This document shows, piece by piece, positions 12,109 through 23,909 of a stretch of DNA of 64,000 nt. Within the stretch, counting starts at the first letter, position 1, and every line of letters starts with the position of its first letter. The stretch is taken from the NCBI GenBank assembly GCA_030324005.1, contig JARDVH010000001.1, positions 123,262,584 through 123,326,583 on the forward strand, given 5' to 3'. A program made the position numbers and the translations under genes. Origin of the DNA: Negaprion brevirostris (taxonomy: Eukaryota). The notes under the pieces are model-generated. The model was not told the DNA's origin, did not search any database, and saw only the letters and a program-made list of their open reading frames with translations.

Positions 12109-13559
12109 ATTTTGGATGATGCTGGTTTTTCGAGAAGCAAATTTCTCACACAAAATGGGCTTGAATGGAATGTTTTTGCAATGGTCATAAGGAATAGCAT
12201 GTAACAATTTAAAACTAAAATTACTCATTATAATGGATAGCATGGACATCTGTGTAACACTTGCTGTTAACAAATTTGCCTCTTACCCAACATGAGAAAA
12301 CAGTAGGTTTTTCATGTAAAACCAAAGTATTATCCTGCTACTAACTTATCAGATTCAACTTACTCATTTATAAAGAAAGGTTTATTTCAAAATTAATGTA
12401 CAATTTAACTGAATAAATTACTGCTGATTTCTACTGATGTTGCACAAGAATTGGAGCTGATAATGTTTTACGTGAATGTTCTGTGCATTGGTAACCATTT
12501 GCACAATGAAGACAGTCAATAGATGGGATTACAATAATTGTGTCATCATCCAATTCTTTGGTAGCAAATACCCAATTTAGGGACTAAAAGTTCTTTAAAT
12601 GAAGGTGTGAAATTCTTCATGCTAATTATTAATGTACTTATTTGTTTAAGCCTGTTTTGGGGTCTGACAGTAATAATGCATTGGAGCACATCCACAGGCC
12701 AAGCTGCTGCCTAAATTGGGTCTTGGGGCTCCGCCTAAATGATTTTGACAAGCTACAGCCATCAAACCCTCAGAGTCGGCTCACCGGTTCACCAATGACC
12801 TGTTACAGCACCAGAAGCCTCTGATAGGCCTTGGGAGGTGAACAATCAGCAGACAGCCTGCAGAATTGTCTCTGCCCTGGTTCCACAGGTAGGTTATCTT
12901 CACAGTCACTTTTGGAACATACACTGACTTCCAACTTTGTATTCATCTTTTGCTTTGCAAGCTATTCTGTGCATCTCCTGAATCTTCATCCTAAAAGGGA
13001 TCATTGGGAGTGCTCCATCATTGATTCCTCCATCTTTCGGATAGCTTTTGCACTTCACTCATCCAATAAACCGTCTCTGAACTTGATCTATTGTACGTAG
13101 GTGCAATGACTCCACCTACAACAACTTTAACCCACTACGGGCTTATGACTTTAACTCTCTACTTGCTCTGACTGTCTTTCACTATGAGGATATATACACT
13201 TAAATTCATGGTATGGCATCAGTCTATATTATTTAGGTTGTTCACATGTCCATCCAAGTGCAAACTTTGGCTAATGTTGCAGACCTGCACCCATCATATC
13301 CATATCCAATTTATTATTTTCCTCACCCTTTCTACTACTTTTCATTTCAACCCTTCAAGGTCACTCTTCCCTCTCATTAGGGCTCCTTCCACTTCTTCCC
13401 TCTCATTAGGACTTTTTTCATTTCTTCCCTCTCACGTACTCCTTTTTCCTCCAAACGCTTACCCTAACAATTCAGTACTCCTTAACCTTCCTATACTATT
13501 GTTGACATCTCAGGCTTGACTCCTTCCTAGAAAAGACTATCCTGTGTCTCCCTGGCATC

Positions 13560-14780
13560 CTGTCTGAAGCCTAGTGAGGCACCTGTAAATGTCTCCTCAA
13601 GAGCAGCAACTCCAACTGCTCCATTCTACCTGTTCACATCTAATCCCCCCAGCATGCCAGCTGGGGCTTACTTTGCCAATTTCCTCTCTGTCCAACCCAC
13701 CCTTTCCAGTGATCCAGCTATCACTGCCCCTCTCCATATCATCCTCCAGAATGCCTATTCACTCATGAGCAAAACTATCGTCCAGCTGGTTTCCAACTAC
13801 CCTACCAGTCAGACAATCACTATCAAGGACTTATCTTCCCATTGCTATAGCGGGATGTCCAGTAATGTCTCCCAATTTCTCACCTACAGCTGCATCATCT
13901 TCAAAACTATCAGTTTCCACATGCAAGCTGACAACACCCAGCTCTACCTCATCACCTGCTCTTTCCACTCCCCAAATTTGCTAAATTTCCAGTCCGCTTA
14001 TCTGAGTTCCACTACAAGGCGAGTAGAAATTTTCTCCGATTAACTATTGGGAAGACTGAAGCTATTCTTTTTGGTCCTGCTACCAACTCCATTCCTCTGC
14101 TTGGTAACAGTCCGACGTCAAGCCAAACTAATTGCAATCTTAGTGTCATTTCAACCACAAAGCTACAATAAGACTGCAACATTTCCCAATACCACCCATG
14201 TCTCAATTCTTCTGCTGCTGAAATCTTCACCCGTGCCTCTGTTATCTCTAGACTCCTTGGCTATTCTAGTGGATTGCTGGCCAGCCTCCAACATACAGAT
14301 TCCATAAACATTAATTAATTGCACCCTCTGCTATTCACATCTTAACTTACATTAAATGGTGTTCACTGACCTACACTGATTTCCAGTTAAACAATACTCG
14401 ATGATAAATTCTCATCTTGGTTTTCAAATCTCCCTATGGTGCAACCACTCTCTAAGTTTAATGTCTTCCAGCCCTGTTGCCCTCCAATTTAACTGATCAC
14501 CTCTAATTCTGACTTCTTGTGCATCCCCAATTTTAATTGTTGTACCCCTAGTGGCCTTGCTTGCAGCTGCCTAGGCTCAGTCTAACCTCTGGAATTCCTT
14601 TCTTAAACCTCTTCGTTCTTTACTCTCCTCCTTTAACACAGTGCTTAAAAGTTCCACTATGACCAACTTTTAGTCATCTGATCTAATATCTCCCTATGGA
14701 CTGGGTGTCACGTCTTGTTTTATAATGCACATGGGACATTTTATTACATCAAAGGTCTGCATAAATAAATGCAAGTTGCT
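13560..14780 (+). mobile_element. Old L2-clade LINE 3' portion
   Basis: A degenerate RT motif, HMQADNTQLYL (YADDTQLY), at ~13918-13950. L2-type 3' end gggacattttattacatcaaagg...ataaatgcaagttg. Confidence 0.7.
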
Positions 14781-14925
14781 TTCGTTGGCAGCTTCCATCA
14801 GTCCTTTAATGGATTGCTAATTAGGCCACAAAAGGAACCAAAAAAATCTCAGCTGAGCAGACCTGGTGCAACCTACACAACTCCTCATTAACATATGGGC
14901 TCAATGCCTGTTTTAGGCATTAAAT

Positions 14926-15123
14926 GGGAATGCCGGCATTAGACTAGGGTAAGCACAGTAAGAAGTCTCACAACACCAGTTAAAGTCCAACAGGTTTATT
15001 TAGTAGCACAAGCTTTCAGAGTGTCGCTCCCTCTTCACCTGAAGAAGGGGCAACACTCCAAAAGCTTATGCTACCAAATAAACCTGTTGGACCTTAACCT
15101 GGTGTTATGAGACTTCTTACTGT
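14926..15123. repeat. Palindromic element of about 170 bp (Penelope-terminus-derived or MITE-like)
   Basis: The arms acagtaagaagtctcacaacacca.ttaaagtccaacaggtttattt and aaataaacctgttggaccttaacctggtgttatgagacttcttactgt are near-perfect reverse complements. A second copy lies at ~39130-39325. Confidence 0.8.
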
Positions 15124-17059
15124 TTTAGGCATTGTCAGGGATCCCTGAACTTCACCTGACCCAATATAGCATTGAACCTATTCCTGGCAGCCTCAAGAAA
15201 CTGGTGCTTTTTGTCCCATTTTTGGGCACAGGAAATGTGCAGAGTTCCATCCACGCCTTTCTTCTGAATAAAATTAGCTTTAAAAAAATCTGAAATAACT
15301 ACATCATGATCTTCAATCCAATATGCCTTCCTGGTGTCGTGGTCTTTTCCTTTTTCTGAGAAAATGCCCCTTCAAAAGAATTCAGAAATGAGTGACTAGA
15401 ATTTCCACAAACAAATTACACCACGATTTACACCAGTTCAGCCAGCTTTCTGTCGATTTTCCTATAATTTCTGTAAAAGCTACAGCAGGACATTAGGAGG
15501 AATTCCAAGTAAATTCCACCCCAAGGTCACCAGCACTTAGCCAATGAATATTATCTACAAGGTTCAAAGAATGGTATGCGTTAACTGGCATTAGTAGCTG
15601 GTATTAAGTTAATGATTAACATTATATTAATATTTGTAAATTGAAAAGCAGATTAGCATGGTGTTGAAACAGAGTTCTAAGCAGGTAACAGTTGTTTGTT
15701 CTTGCTCATCTAAAACCTCACAACAATAGTCTTATTCAGGTAAAGTGATGGACATAAGAAAATGAGACACCTACTTGTAATATTTTAAATGCTGGAGCAC
15801 ACTATTTGAACATGAGTAACTTCAGTTGGTTCTGCGGAAAATTGATGCTGCAAATGTGCACCATTTTGTTCTTACACTAGCACCATGCTGTGTGTCAATG
15901 CACCTGACTTGCTGCTCCATAAAGTGCCAAGTCACGCACAATAGAAAGCTGAAGTTGATCTCTATGAAGAGAATCTACACAGGTTTGAGGTGACAATTTA
16001 GAAGACATATGGTGTTGGTAGACTGTGTGGTCATGTGGATGCTGTGATGATGCAGCTACATAAGAGATGACATGTCAGTGACATGAGTTCTCCCCGAGTG
16101 CAGGCAGACATGCAGAATACTTAATAAACCTGTTGTTCTAAGTCCTTAATCACCAGTCATTGGAATCCAGTGTCTAAAGGAGGACTCACCTGCAGCAAAG
16201 GAAGATAGTGCAAGATAGACAAGGAATGACTCAAAATGAGTGACCATCTTCCTCAATCCAAATGCCTCATAAGGGGAACCGTGTCTCCCCTCATCACCAC
16301 ATTGTTTGCTGATGCCATGAGCACTATAGTGTGCTCAAATACACGTTAAATGTTACAATGCCTTTGTACTGGGTCCAGACAGCTGATATGCTATGCAAAC
16401 TGTTTAGTAGGCTTTTTCCTTGTGCCAGCCTTTACTGGCGATCCATGCAAAGAGGAATGTCTAAGGATAAGAGAATTGATTTGTAACCAAAGTGGATTAA
16501 AATCACAAGACATAATCCCCAAAATACTGTAATAATTTCAACACCCTATGCAAGAAAGAAGGAATACAAATTATTCAATCACAAAACTAGAAACCCCATT
16601 TATCCTCACTGACCATCTGAATTGGATAACCTAAGGAGAACATTGCAGGGCGAACTACCATCTGGACAGATATCACTGATGGGTTGTCGGTTATATTTGA
16701 TCATTAGGTATCATGAAGATAACTGCTGTGATTAGCCAAAGTACCTGAAAATGAGCCTCAATCACAATATATCATTCTTCCTTTGGAGAAAACACAATCC
16801 TCTCAAATTTGAGACTGCCAAACAAGATGAGACTTCCAAATGAAAGATTTTTCACAGGCCCAAACAGAGGCTTTCTATGGTCAGCTCAGTCCCATAAGGG
16901 TATCAACTGTGATATCATCTAACAGATCAGTTATCAACTAAGAATATCCTACTGGCTAATCACCTAAACATGGATGTGTATGGAGATACTACGACGAAAA
17001 TAAAATGCATCACTATCACCAAATAGTTTGTTGAGAATACTGGGAAATCTGACAGATGA

Positions 17060-17470
17060 AAGCCCTCCTGATTTCTTTCTTAAGTAGTTTCTTGCACTTT
17101 TTATACTCCTCAAGATTCTTATTTGCCCCCTGCACATCATACACCTCCTTCTTCTTCTTTATCAGAGTTCCAATATCCCTCGAGGACCAAGGTTCCTTAT
17201 TCTTATTCACTTTGCCTTTAATCCTGACAGGAATATACAAACTCTGCACTCTCAAAATTTCTCCTTTGAAGTCTGCCACTTACCAATCACATCCTTGCCA
17301 AAGACCAGCCTGTACCAATCCACGCTTTTTAGATCCTTTCTCATTTCTTCAGATTTGGCCTTTTTCCAGTTTAGAACTTCAACCCGAGGACCAGATCTAT
17401 CTTTATCCATGATCAAGTTGAAACTAATGGCGTTATGATCACTGGAACCAAAGTGTTCCCCTACACAAAT
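17060..17470 (-). mobile_element. CR1 LINE ORF2 internal fragment (between endonuclease and RT)
   Basis: ORF 17016-17279 encodes FKGEILRVQSLYIPVRIKGK...EPW...EEYKKCKKLLKKEIRRA, the typical CR1 tether region. Confidence 0.8.
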
Positions 17471-18804
17471 TTAGCTCATTCTCTGAGAAAATGGCAGTGG
17501 ATAGGTTTCTGTCAAAACCGTCAATTACAGGCATCTTTATATGAATTAGAAATCACTGCTCAGTCCTTTCCTCATCTAGACCTGGTACCATTTGCAAACC
17601 CAACCTGTTGTAATCTCCTGGGGAAACTGGTGAGATGTTGAGTAAGACAAATGCATCAACCGTTTGACAAAGCTTTCAGCTGGAAATTAATGAAGAACAA
17701 ATCCAATTGTTCAGCTTTGTTGCCAGGTCCATGGCTATTTAGGTCAGGCAGTCCCGTAGTCAGCTGGGGTACTACCACTAATCTCAATGCTCAAAAAATA
17801 GTTTAAATTAGTAGTAGAAAGCAGAAGTATGCTTTTGTAGCTATTAAGTGAATACAAGATAAGTTTTGGGAATGCATGACAGCACTTTCTGTGTAATCTC
17901 CTTACCAGAGAGGGAAGTTCTGTATGTTTGAGATATTTTTTATTAGCCACCATGGGGGGAAAATGCAATTGAATTCCATTACTTGTTAAGGCTGCTCACT
18001 CACTGGGATTGAGAAAACTTCACAATACATTCAGCACAATTTACAGTGGATTCCCACAGAAAGTTATAACAGCTTTGAGTTACAGCACACACTCAGTACA
18101 GAGGTCTGCTGTAGCTCATGCTCACAGCAGGTGGGATGTGTAAAAAAAAACTTGTGATCTTTGGGAAATATTAATTTTTAAAAAGAAATTCAAATTCCCA
18201 GTTATTAATTGAAAAAGCTAAGCCACAGGATTTCATGTTTCAAACAAAAACTTTTATGATACAAGAATTAAACAAAACAAATACTACTCATTTAAAATCT
18301 CTCTCATAGACACTTGGATTTTTAAACTCTAAAATCTCAGAAGATCACTTTCCATTCCATTTTTAATTCCACCTGAGTTCCCCAAAATGTTACAGGATCT
18401 TGAGGGTTCCTTCATTTCTTCTAAGACCAAACCAAGGTGTGCCATAGCACCTGGGGATTTATTTTGATTGTCCTCAGTTTTGTTATTTCTATCCAAGGCA
18501 TGGATTTCTTGAAATCTTTCCACTTGCATTTGGCCAGATTCTATCCTGATTGTGAACACCCCAGCCTGAGCATGGGGCCTCTCTGCTTTTTTTTTTGGTC
18601 AGTTAGAAAGACCCTTGTCTCATAAATCTTTACCACTGGTCTGAACTGCTTCCAAGCACAGTAGCCACTATTACTGGCTAATAACTAGTTTTCTCTCTCT
18701 CACTCTCTCTCTGCTATGACTGTAATAAAACACAGTTGCACTCAATGTACAAGAGTACCTTCCCCTGGAACCTGTCCCCATGGCAGTGTTGCACCCCTGG
18801 CATG

Positions 18805-18912
18805 TCCCAGTTTGTAGAGGGGGTCAGTGGACTTGAAATGTTAACTGTGTCTCTCTCTCCACAAATGCTGCCAGACGTGCAAAGTTTATTCAGCATTTTC
18901 TGTTTTTATTTC
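18805..18912 (+). repeat. Penelope-type terminal repeat fragment with a degenerate hammerhead motif; related copies at ~39340-39415 (+) and ~46200-46310 (-)
   Basis: gaaatgttaactgtgtctctctctccacaaatgctgccagac...cagcattttctgtttttatttc recurs in reverse at 46200-46290. Confidence 0.55.
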
Positions 18913-19119
18913 CTCAGACTTGCTGTTTTGTGGCCCTCACTCTTTTAACTCTGTACGTACACATTTGATGCATTAACTGCCTTGGGTGATCTGGGAACTT
19001 CTGAATTACAGAGTTTCAATTTAATTTAGTTTCCACAGATTTGAAAGTTACATTCTGAAAAAATGAATCATGAAATGAAATGTTTTCACAAGGCGAATTG
19101 AATTTTCTCTTTCACACAG

Positions 19120-19296
19120 GCAACTGATCTGCTGACACAGGCAATGAGCGAGTTATCACAGACGCTGACGACAGATTACCGCCCACCTCAAGGAGATTAT
19201 CAGCGCGTGCAGTACATTCCTATCTCTCAACACCTCCAATCAGTTCAGGGACAGCAGCCTCAACACATCCAACTCCAGGTGGTACAGGTGGCACAG
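19120..19296 (+). CDS. PRDM10: Orphan PRDM10-like exon, antisense within a FHIP1A intron ([59 protein letters not shown]); may be a duplicated fragment or pseudo-exon
   Basis: Polypyrimidine tract and acceptor ttttctctttcacacag|GCA, donor CAG|gtgggt. 177 nt, open, phase 0-0. The peptide matches recalled vertebrate PRDM10 [36 protein letters not shown]...[14 protein letters not shown] saw no other PRDM10 exons. Confidence 0.72.
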
Positions 19297-19444
19297 GTGG
19301 GTTGGGTTAGGGGTATGCATGTATGCTCAAAATAAATAAGAGGACCGGTCTTTAACAAAGAAAAGCAGAGGCTAGATGGAAAATACTAAGCAAAAGCTAT
19401 GGGTGTGGAAAACTTGGGTGGGCAGGACTGAAAACATAATAAAA

Positions 19445-19975
19445 GGAAGGAATGCAGGAACAGGAGTGGGCTATTCAGCCCCCTGAGCCTGTTCCATGAT
19501 TTAATTAGGTCACGGCTAATCAAAGCACTTGCTTTGGTCTTTATAATCTTTATTACTCATTCTGATTATCATCCTTCAGCCTCAGTTTCTAAATTTTCAA
19601 TTAATGCCAGCCTCATTAGCTTTTTGGGTTATTTAGTTTCAGATTTCCGTCACCCTTTGTGTGAAGAAGTGCTTCTTGACATTATCCCTGGCCGATCTAG
19701 TTCTACCTTTTAATGTTATTTTTCCTTATTCCCACTAAAGGAAATAATTTCTCTCAATGGCCAATTGGATAATTCATCTTCAATGCTTAATCTTCTGTAC
19801 TCGAGCAAATGTCAGCCAAGTCTCTGCAATCTATAACCATTTTAACTCTGATATTAACCTGAGAATTTGCACTTTACTCCCTCCAAAATATACTCCAGGC
19901 CAATTTACCCTCCTCAGTGTGGTACCCATAACTGAACTCGAAATGAGGTCTGACCAGTGCTTAATATAACTGTGA
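19445..19975 (-). mobile_element. Old CR1 LINE 3' fragment
   Basis: The motifs caggagtgggctattcagcccc and tgtgtgaagaagtgcttc are the reverse of the CR1 3' region. Confidence 0.6.
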
Positions 19976-21159
19976 CACGTTGGGAATGCCACTAGACTGG
20001 CAATCAAGATCCCAGGCTAAAAGTCTGGGTTCAAATCCCACCACAGAGCTGGTGGAATTCAAGTTCAGTTAATAAACCTAGGATTGAGAGCTAGTTTCAG
20101 TGATGGTGACCATGGAACTATCGCATTGAAGTCTCATTGCTTTTGCCCACTCACTCAATCTCAAAATGTCACTTTGCCACTTTCTGTTTGCGCATAGATG
20201 CTGCCAAACTAGGATATAAGACTTTCCATTCCTTTATCCAAGTCATTTATAAACATAGTGACAAGTTGAGGCAAATTCTTCAAGAACATCACTAGTCATC
20301 TGCCAAGTTGAGTGCCTATTGTCCCTACACATAGGCCCAGTTGAATTCATGATGAACTTAGCCACATCAGCCACTGTGGAATATCAGGGCTCAGATGAAT
20401 TCCCAAGATGCACAGTATTAAGTGGGAAGTCAGCCTCTGTGGATTGCTGCAACACTAAATCCACCAGTGTAAAATTGGGCAAGATGTCCTGAACTTGCCC
20501 GGAAATTTACTCCAGAATACTTACTGTTAATCACTGACGTAGGACCAGAGTTGAGAGCGGTTAACAGCAGAAACTATATTGGGAAGGCCTCAAAATGTAC
20601 TTAAAATAAACTGACTCAACAATTAACACTCTGCTCATCCATCTATCTCCTGCCCACCCACAAAAGGCATCCCTTCCATTGATGGCCTCAAAGAAAGTTT
20701 GGTTTTTGTACTCCTCACCTCCGAGTGCTTCTCAAGGTATCTGAGCACACTCAAATAACCACTCCACCAGTGGCAGAATCCTGCAGATGGGATTGGGAAA
20801 CCCCTTATCTCCAGCAGACACAGGGAAGGTTTCACTGTGGTCAGCAGTATGTACCTTGAAATCACCGCTGCCTGGAACATCAGGGCCATTGTTTCCTTCC
20901 AACCACTTCCCTGTTATTGACCAATAAAGAGAAGGATCTCTTTTGAAGTGGCTCCTAGTTGATGTGTCAGGCTTATGAATGAGATCCAGTTGGGAAAATC
21001 CACCAGTGTGAGCTGGGGATGGTCCTCCTCAGCTACAGATAATCCTGCAAGCCCTGATCACTATGATCCTGATTAGACAAACTAAGGGTAGGTCAGTAAA
21101 GTTCTACTCTGGTGAGCTGTCCATGAATATTTGGGGACTGGATTGCAGCTAATTGGTGT

Positions 21160-21375
21160 GTGGCTTGGTTAGCTCAGTTAGCTGGATGTCTGGAGTGGGC
21201 TGCAGAATGATGCTAATGGTGTGGGTTCAATCCTCATATGGAATGTGGTAGTTGATGGAGACCAGACTCCTTGCCTTGCCCCATGCTTGCAGACTGATGC
21301 TCCTCAAGCTACATAAGTAATCATCTCTCTCTAATGGAGGAAGAGAGGTGCCAATGGTTCTTTGTGGACTTGGGC
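21160..21375 (+). mobile_element. tRNA-derived SINE (third family); probable relative at ~58150-58362 (-)
   Basis: A box ggttagctcagttagc and B box gggttcaatcc, followed by a non-tRNA body. Confidence 0.45.
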
Positions 21376-21384
21376 TAATTACTT

Positions 21385-21850
21385 ATTGAATTGCATCCAT
21401 GGGGCTCTTACTTTCAAAATAAAATCTGCCATTTTGCCTTTGTATAAGACTTTAGGCCCATGTCCTCCTCCATGCCCCCTCATGGTCTGGGATTTTGAGA
21501 CTTTGAAAAAAGTTCAGAAAAGGGTCACCAGAATGATTCCTAGTTTGAAGTACCTGAGCTACCCAGGGAAGCTTGAAGAAATGAGCTTGTATACTTTGGG
21601 GAGCTTAGACGCAAGCAAATTAAACGAGGTCTGTAAAATAATGAAGAGATTAGACTATGTGTACGCTGGTATTATACCAGTTAGTTTATGGAGGATCTGG
21701 GTTTATGTGCATAAATGATGGGAGGAAAGAAATAAGTTAAATGTGTTTGTCCCAGAGATGAGCAGAAGACTTGCTGGTGTGTGGGGTGAATGCTGATTCA
21801 CTGTGTATCCTTAACCAGAGAACTGGATCGGTTTCTACCCAGAGTAACAA
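21385..21850 (+). mobile_element. Old CR1 LINE C-terminal ORF2 fragment
   Basis: Encodes ILPLYKTL...ETLKKVQKRVTRMIPSLKYLSY, the CR1 C-terminal motif. Confidence 0.7.
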
Positions 21851-22334
21851 ATACATCACAGGCAGCGAATGATAAAAGTCACGGTCCATGTAGTCCCCTG
21901 GACTAGTTTTGATGCCTATGAGGATTAGAAAGGCATTTTGCAGGTTTTATTCCTTTATTGGTCTTGGTTTTGTGATACTATTTAACATCTCAGGAATAAA
22001 ACCACCACTGAAGTTTGGATAGAAGAAAAGGCCAAAGACAGAATCCAGTCTCACAGAGAAGTGTTTGTATGACAGAGAAACTAACAGAAGAGGAGAAAAA
22101 GATTTTGTAACAGTCCCTGCTGCTTTTGACAGCAGAACTTGTAGTGGCCTGCTATTTTCCTTGGCTTGAAAGTTTTAACCTTTTTTTTCATGTTTTTCAT
22201 GTTTAATTTATACCTGCTTTGATAAAACACGTTTCCACAAGCATTTTGTTAATATAATCTAATTCCTTCAGATTCTCAATGTTTGTGAAACAACCCAAAT
22301 GTGATGATCCAGAGAGTCAGAATAAAAAACAGTG

Positions 22335-22529
22335 TACCACAGGGGTCAGTGCTGAGTCCTCTGCGATTTGTGATTTTTCTTATCAATGACTTGGAAGAGG
22401 GGGCTGAAGGGTGGGTTAGTAAATTTGCTGATGACAACAAGATTGGATGAGATGGAGGGCTCTTGCAGGCTGCAAAGAGACATTGATAGGATGCAGAGCT
22501 GGGCCGAAAAGTGGCAGATGGAGTTTAAC
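22335..22529 (+). mobile_element. CR1 RT fragment
   Basis: Encodes PQGSVL...KFADD and LQRDIDRMQSWAEKWQMEFN. Confidence 0.8.
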
Positions 22530-23369
22530 NNNNNNNNNNNNNNNNNNNNNNNNNNNNNNNNNNNNNNNNNNNNNNNNNNNNNNNNNNNNNNNNNNNNNNN
22601 NNNNNNNNNNNNNNNNNNNNNNNNNNNNNAAATAGACACACCTAAGAAGATTATTACCACCACACATAACCCTTCTATTTGTGATTTTGCATGAGTTGTC
22701 AAAATCATTTATTTTCAGCCCCACTCCACTATCTGCTCTAACACTCTGGTTCCCATCCCCCTGCAAATCTAGTTTAAATCCTCCCCAGGGAGGGCTACAG
22801 GACCAAAGTCCACTAGTCTAGACTTCCTTGCCAAGATACCTTACAGGAAATTTGTTACAGAACTTTGCCACTAACCTAATCTACAAGTAACTTCAACCAT
22901 TGGGACAGTTCTTCCAGATGATGTGAAGCTCACTATGGCATTAACTATTATGTTATCTAGTTCTTACACCCCAGTATATGCCAAAGCAGCATGTTGGCCA
23001 TCCATAGATATAACAAGCAAGTGACAAAGGCCCTTTTGCAATGGTTAACCCACCTATCAAACGTCCCAGTGAAGAGAAGGTTAACTTTAAGGTACAGGAA
23101 GGCTCTCAATGCTAGGCTTCTAAGTGTGTAGAGAACTGCAAAAGGCATCCATGTTGAGACCACAGAGACTGATACCCACTTCCTGAAAGGCCTCCTGCAC
23201 CACTGTCCCCTGGTGTGTCAAATTGGACAGATGTTGTTATGGTCCCCAATGCAACATTGTAACCACTTTATGAGCCATAATATAGGAGGCTCAATTACTA
23301 TATTCTCTGTCACCTGCCCACACACTTAGTTTTGTGCCTTCACATCAGATTTTTATTTTCATTTGTGAT

Positions 23370-23720
23370 TTATTCATTCACGAGATGCAGACATCACAAG
23401 TTAGGCATACATTAATTGCCCATTAATAACTGCCCATGAGAAGGTGGTGGTGAACCACCTTCTTGAGCCACTGCACTCCATGTGGTGTGAGTATATCTAC
23501 AGTGCTGTTAAGGAGCGAGTTTCAGGAATTTGACCCAGAAACAGTGAAAGAACAGCAATACAGTTTCTGATTAGGATGGTGGCTGGCTTTGGAGGGGAAC
23601 TTGGAGGTGGTGTTCCCAAGTATCTGCTGCCCTTCTCCTTCGAGGTGGTAGAGATCACAGGTTTGGAAGGTGCTGTCGAAGGAGACGTAGTGAGTTGTTA
23701 CAGCGACTATTGTAGTTGAT
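23370..23720 (-). mobile_element. 3' fragment of the same LINE family as 48945-51990
   Basis: The reverse strand matches 51710-51990 (cagcaccttcca...ttccttcactgt...caccacc). Confidence 0.7.
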
Positions 23721-23909
23721 TACATTTTTTTGCCAGTGCTTTTTCAATGCCCTCTTGCCCAAGTCTCCCACCCGCATTACTAACTTTGCAAAGGCCGAGA
23801 AAGTCTTTTAAACTGAACCTTTACCAGGGCAGAATAATATGTTCCTTCATATTCACCTATTTAATCTTTAATTAGCAATATTCCTTTAAATTTGAGGTGC
23901 CAACCAGCT

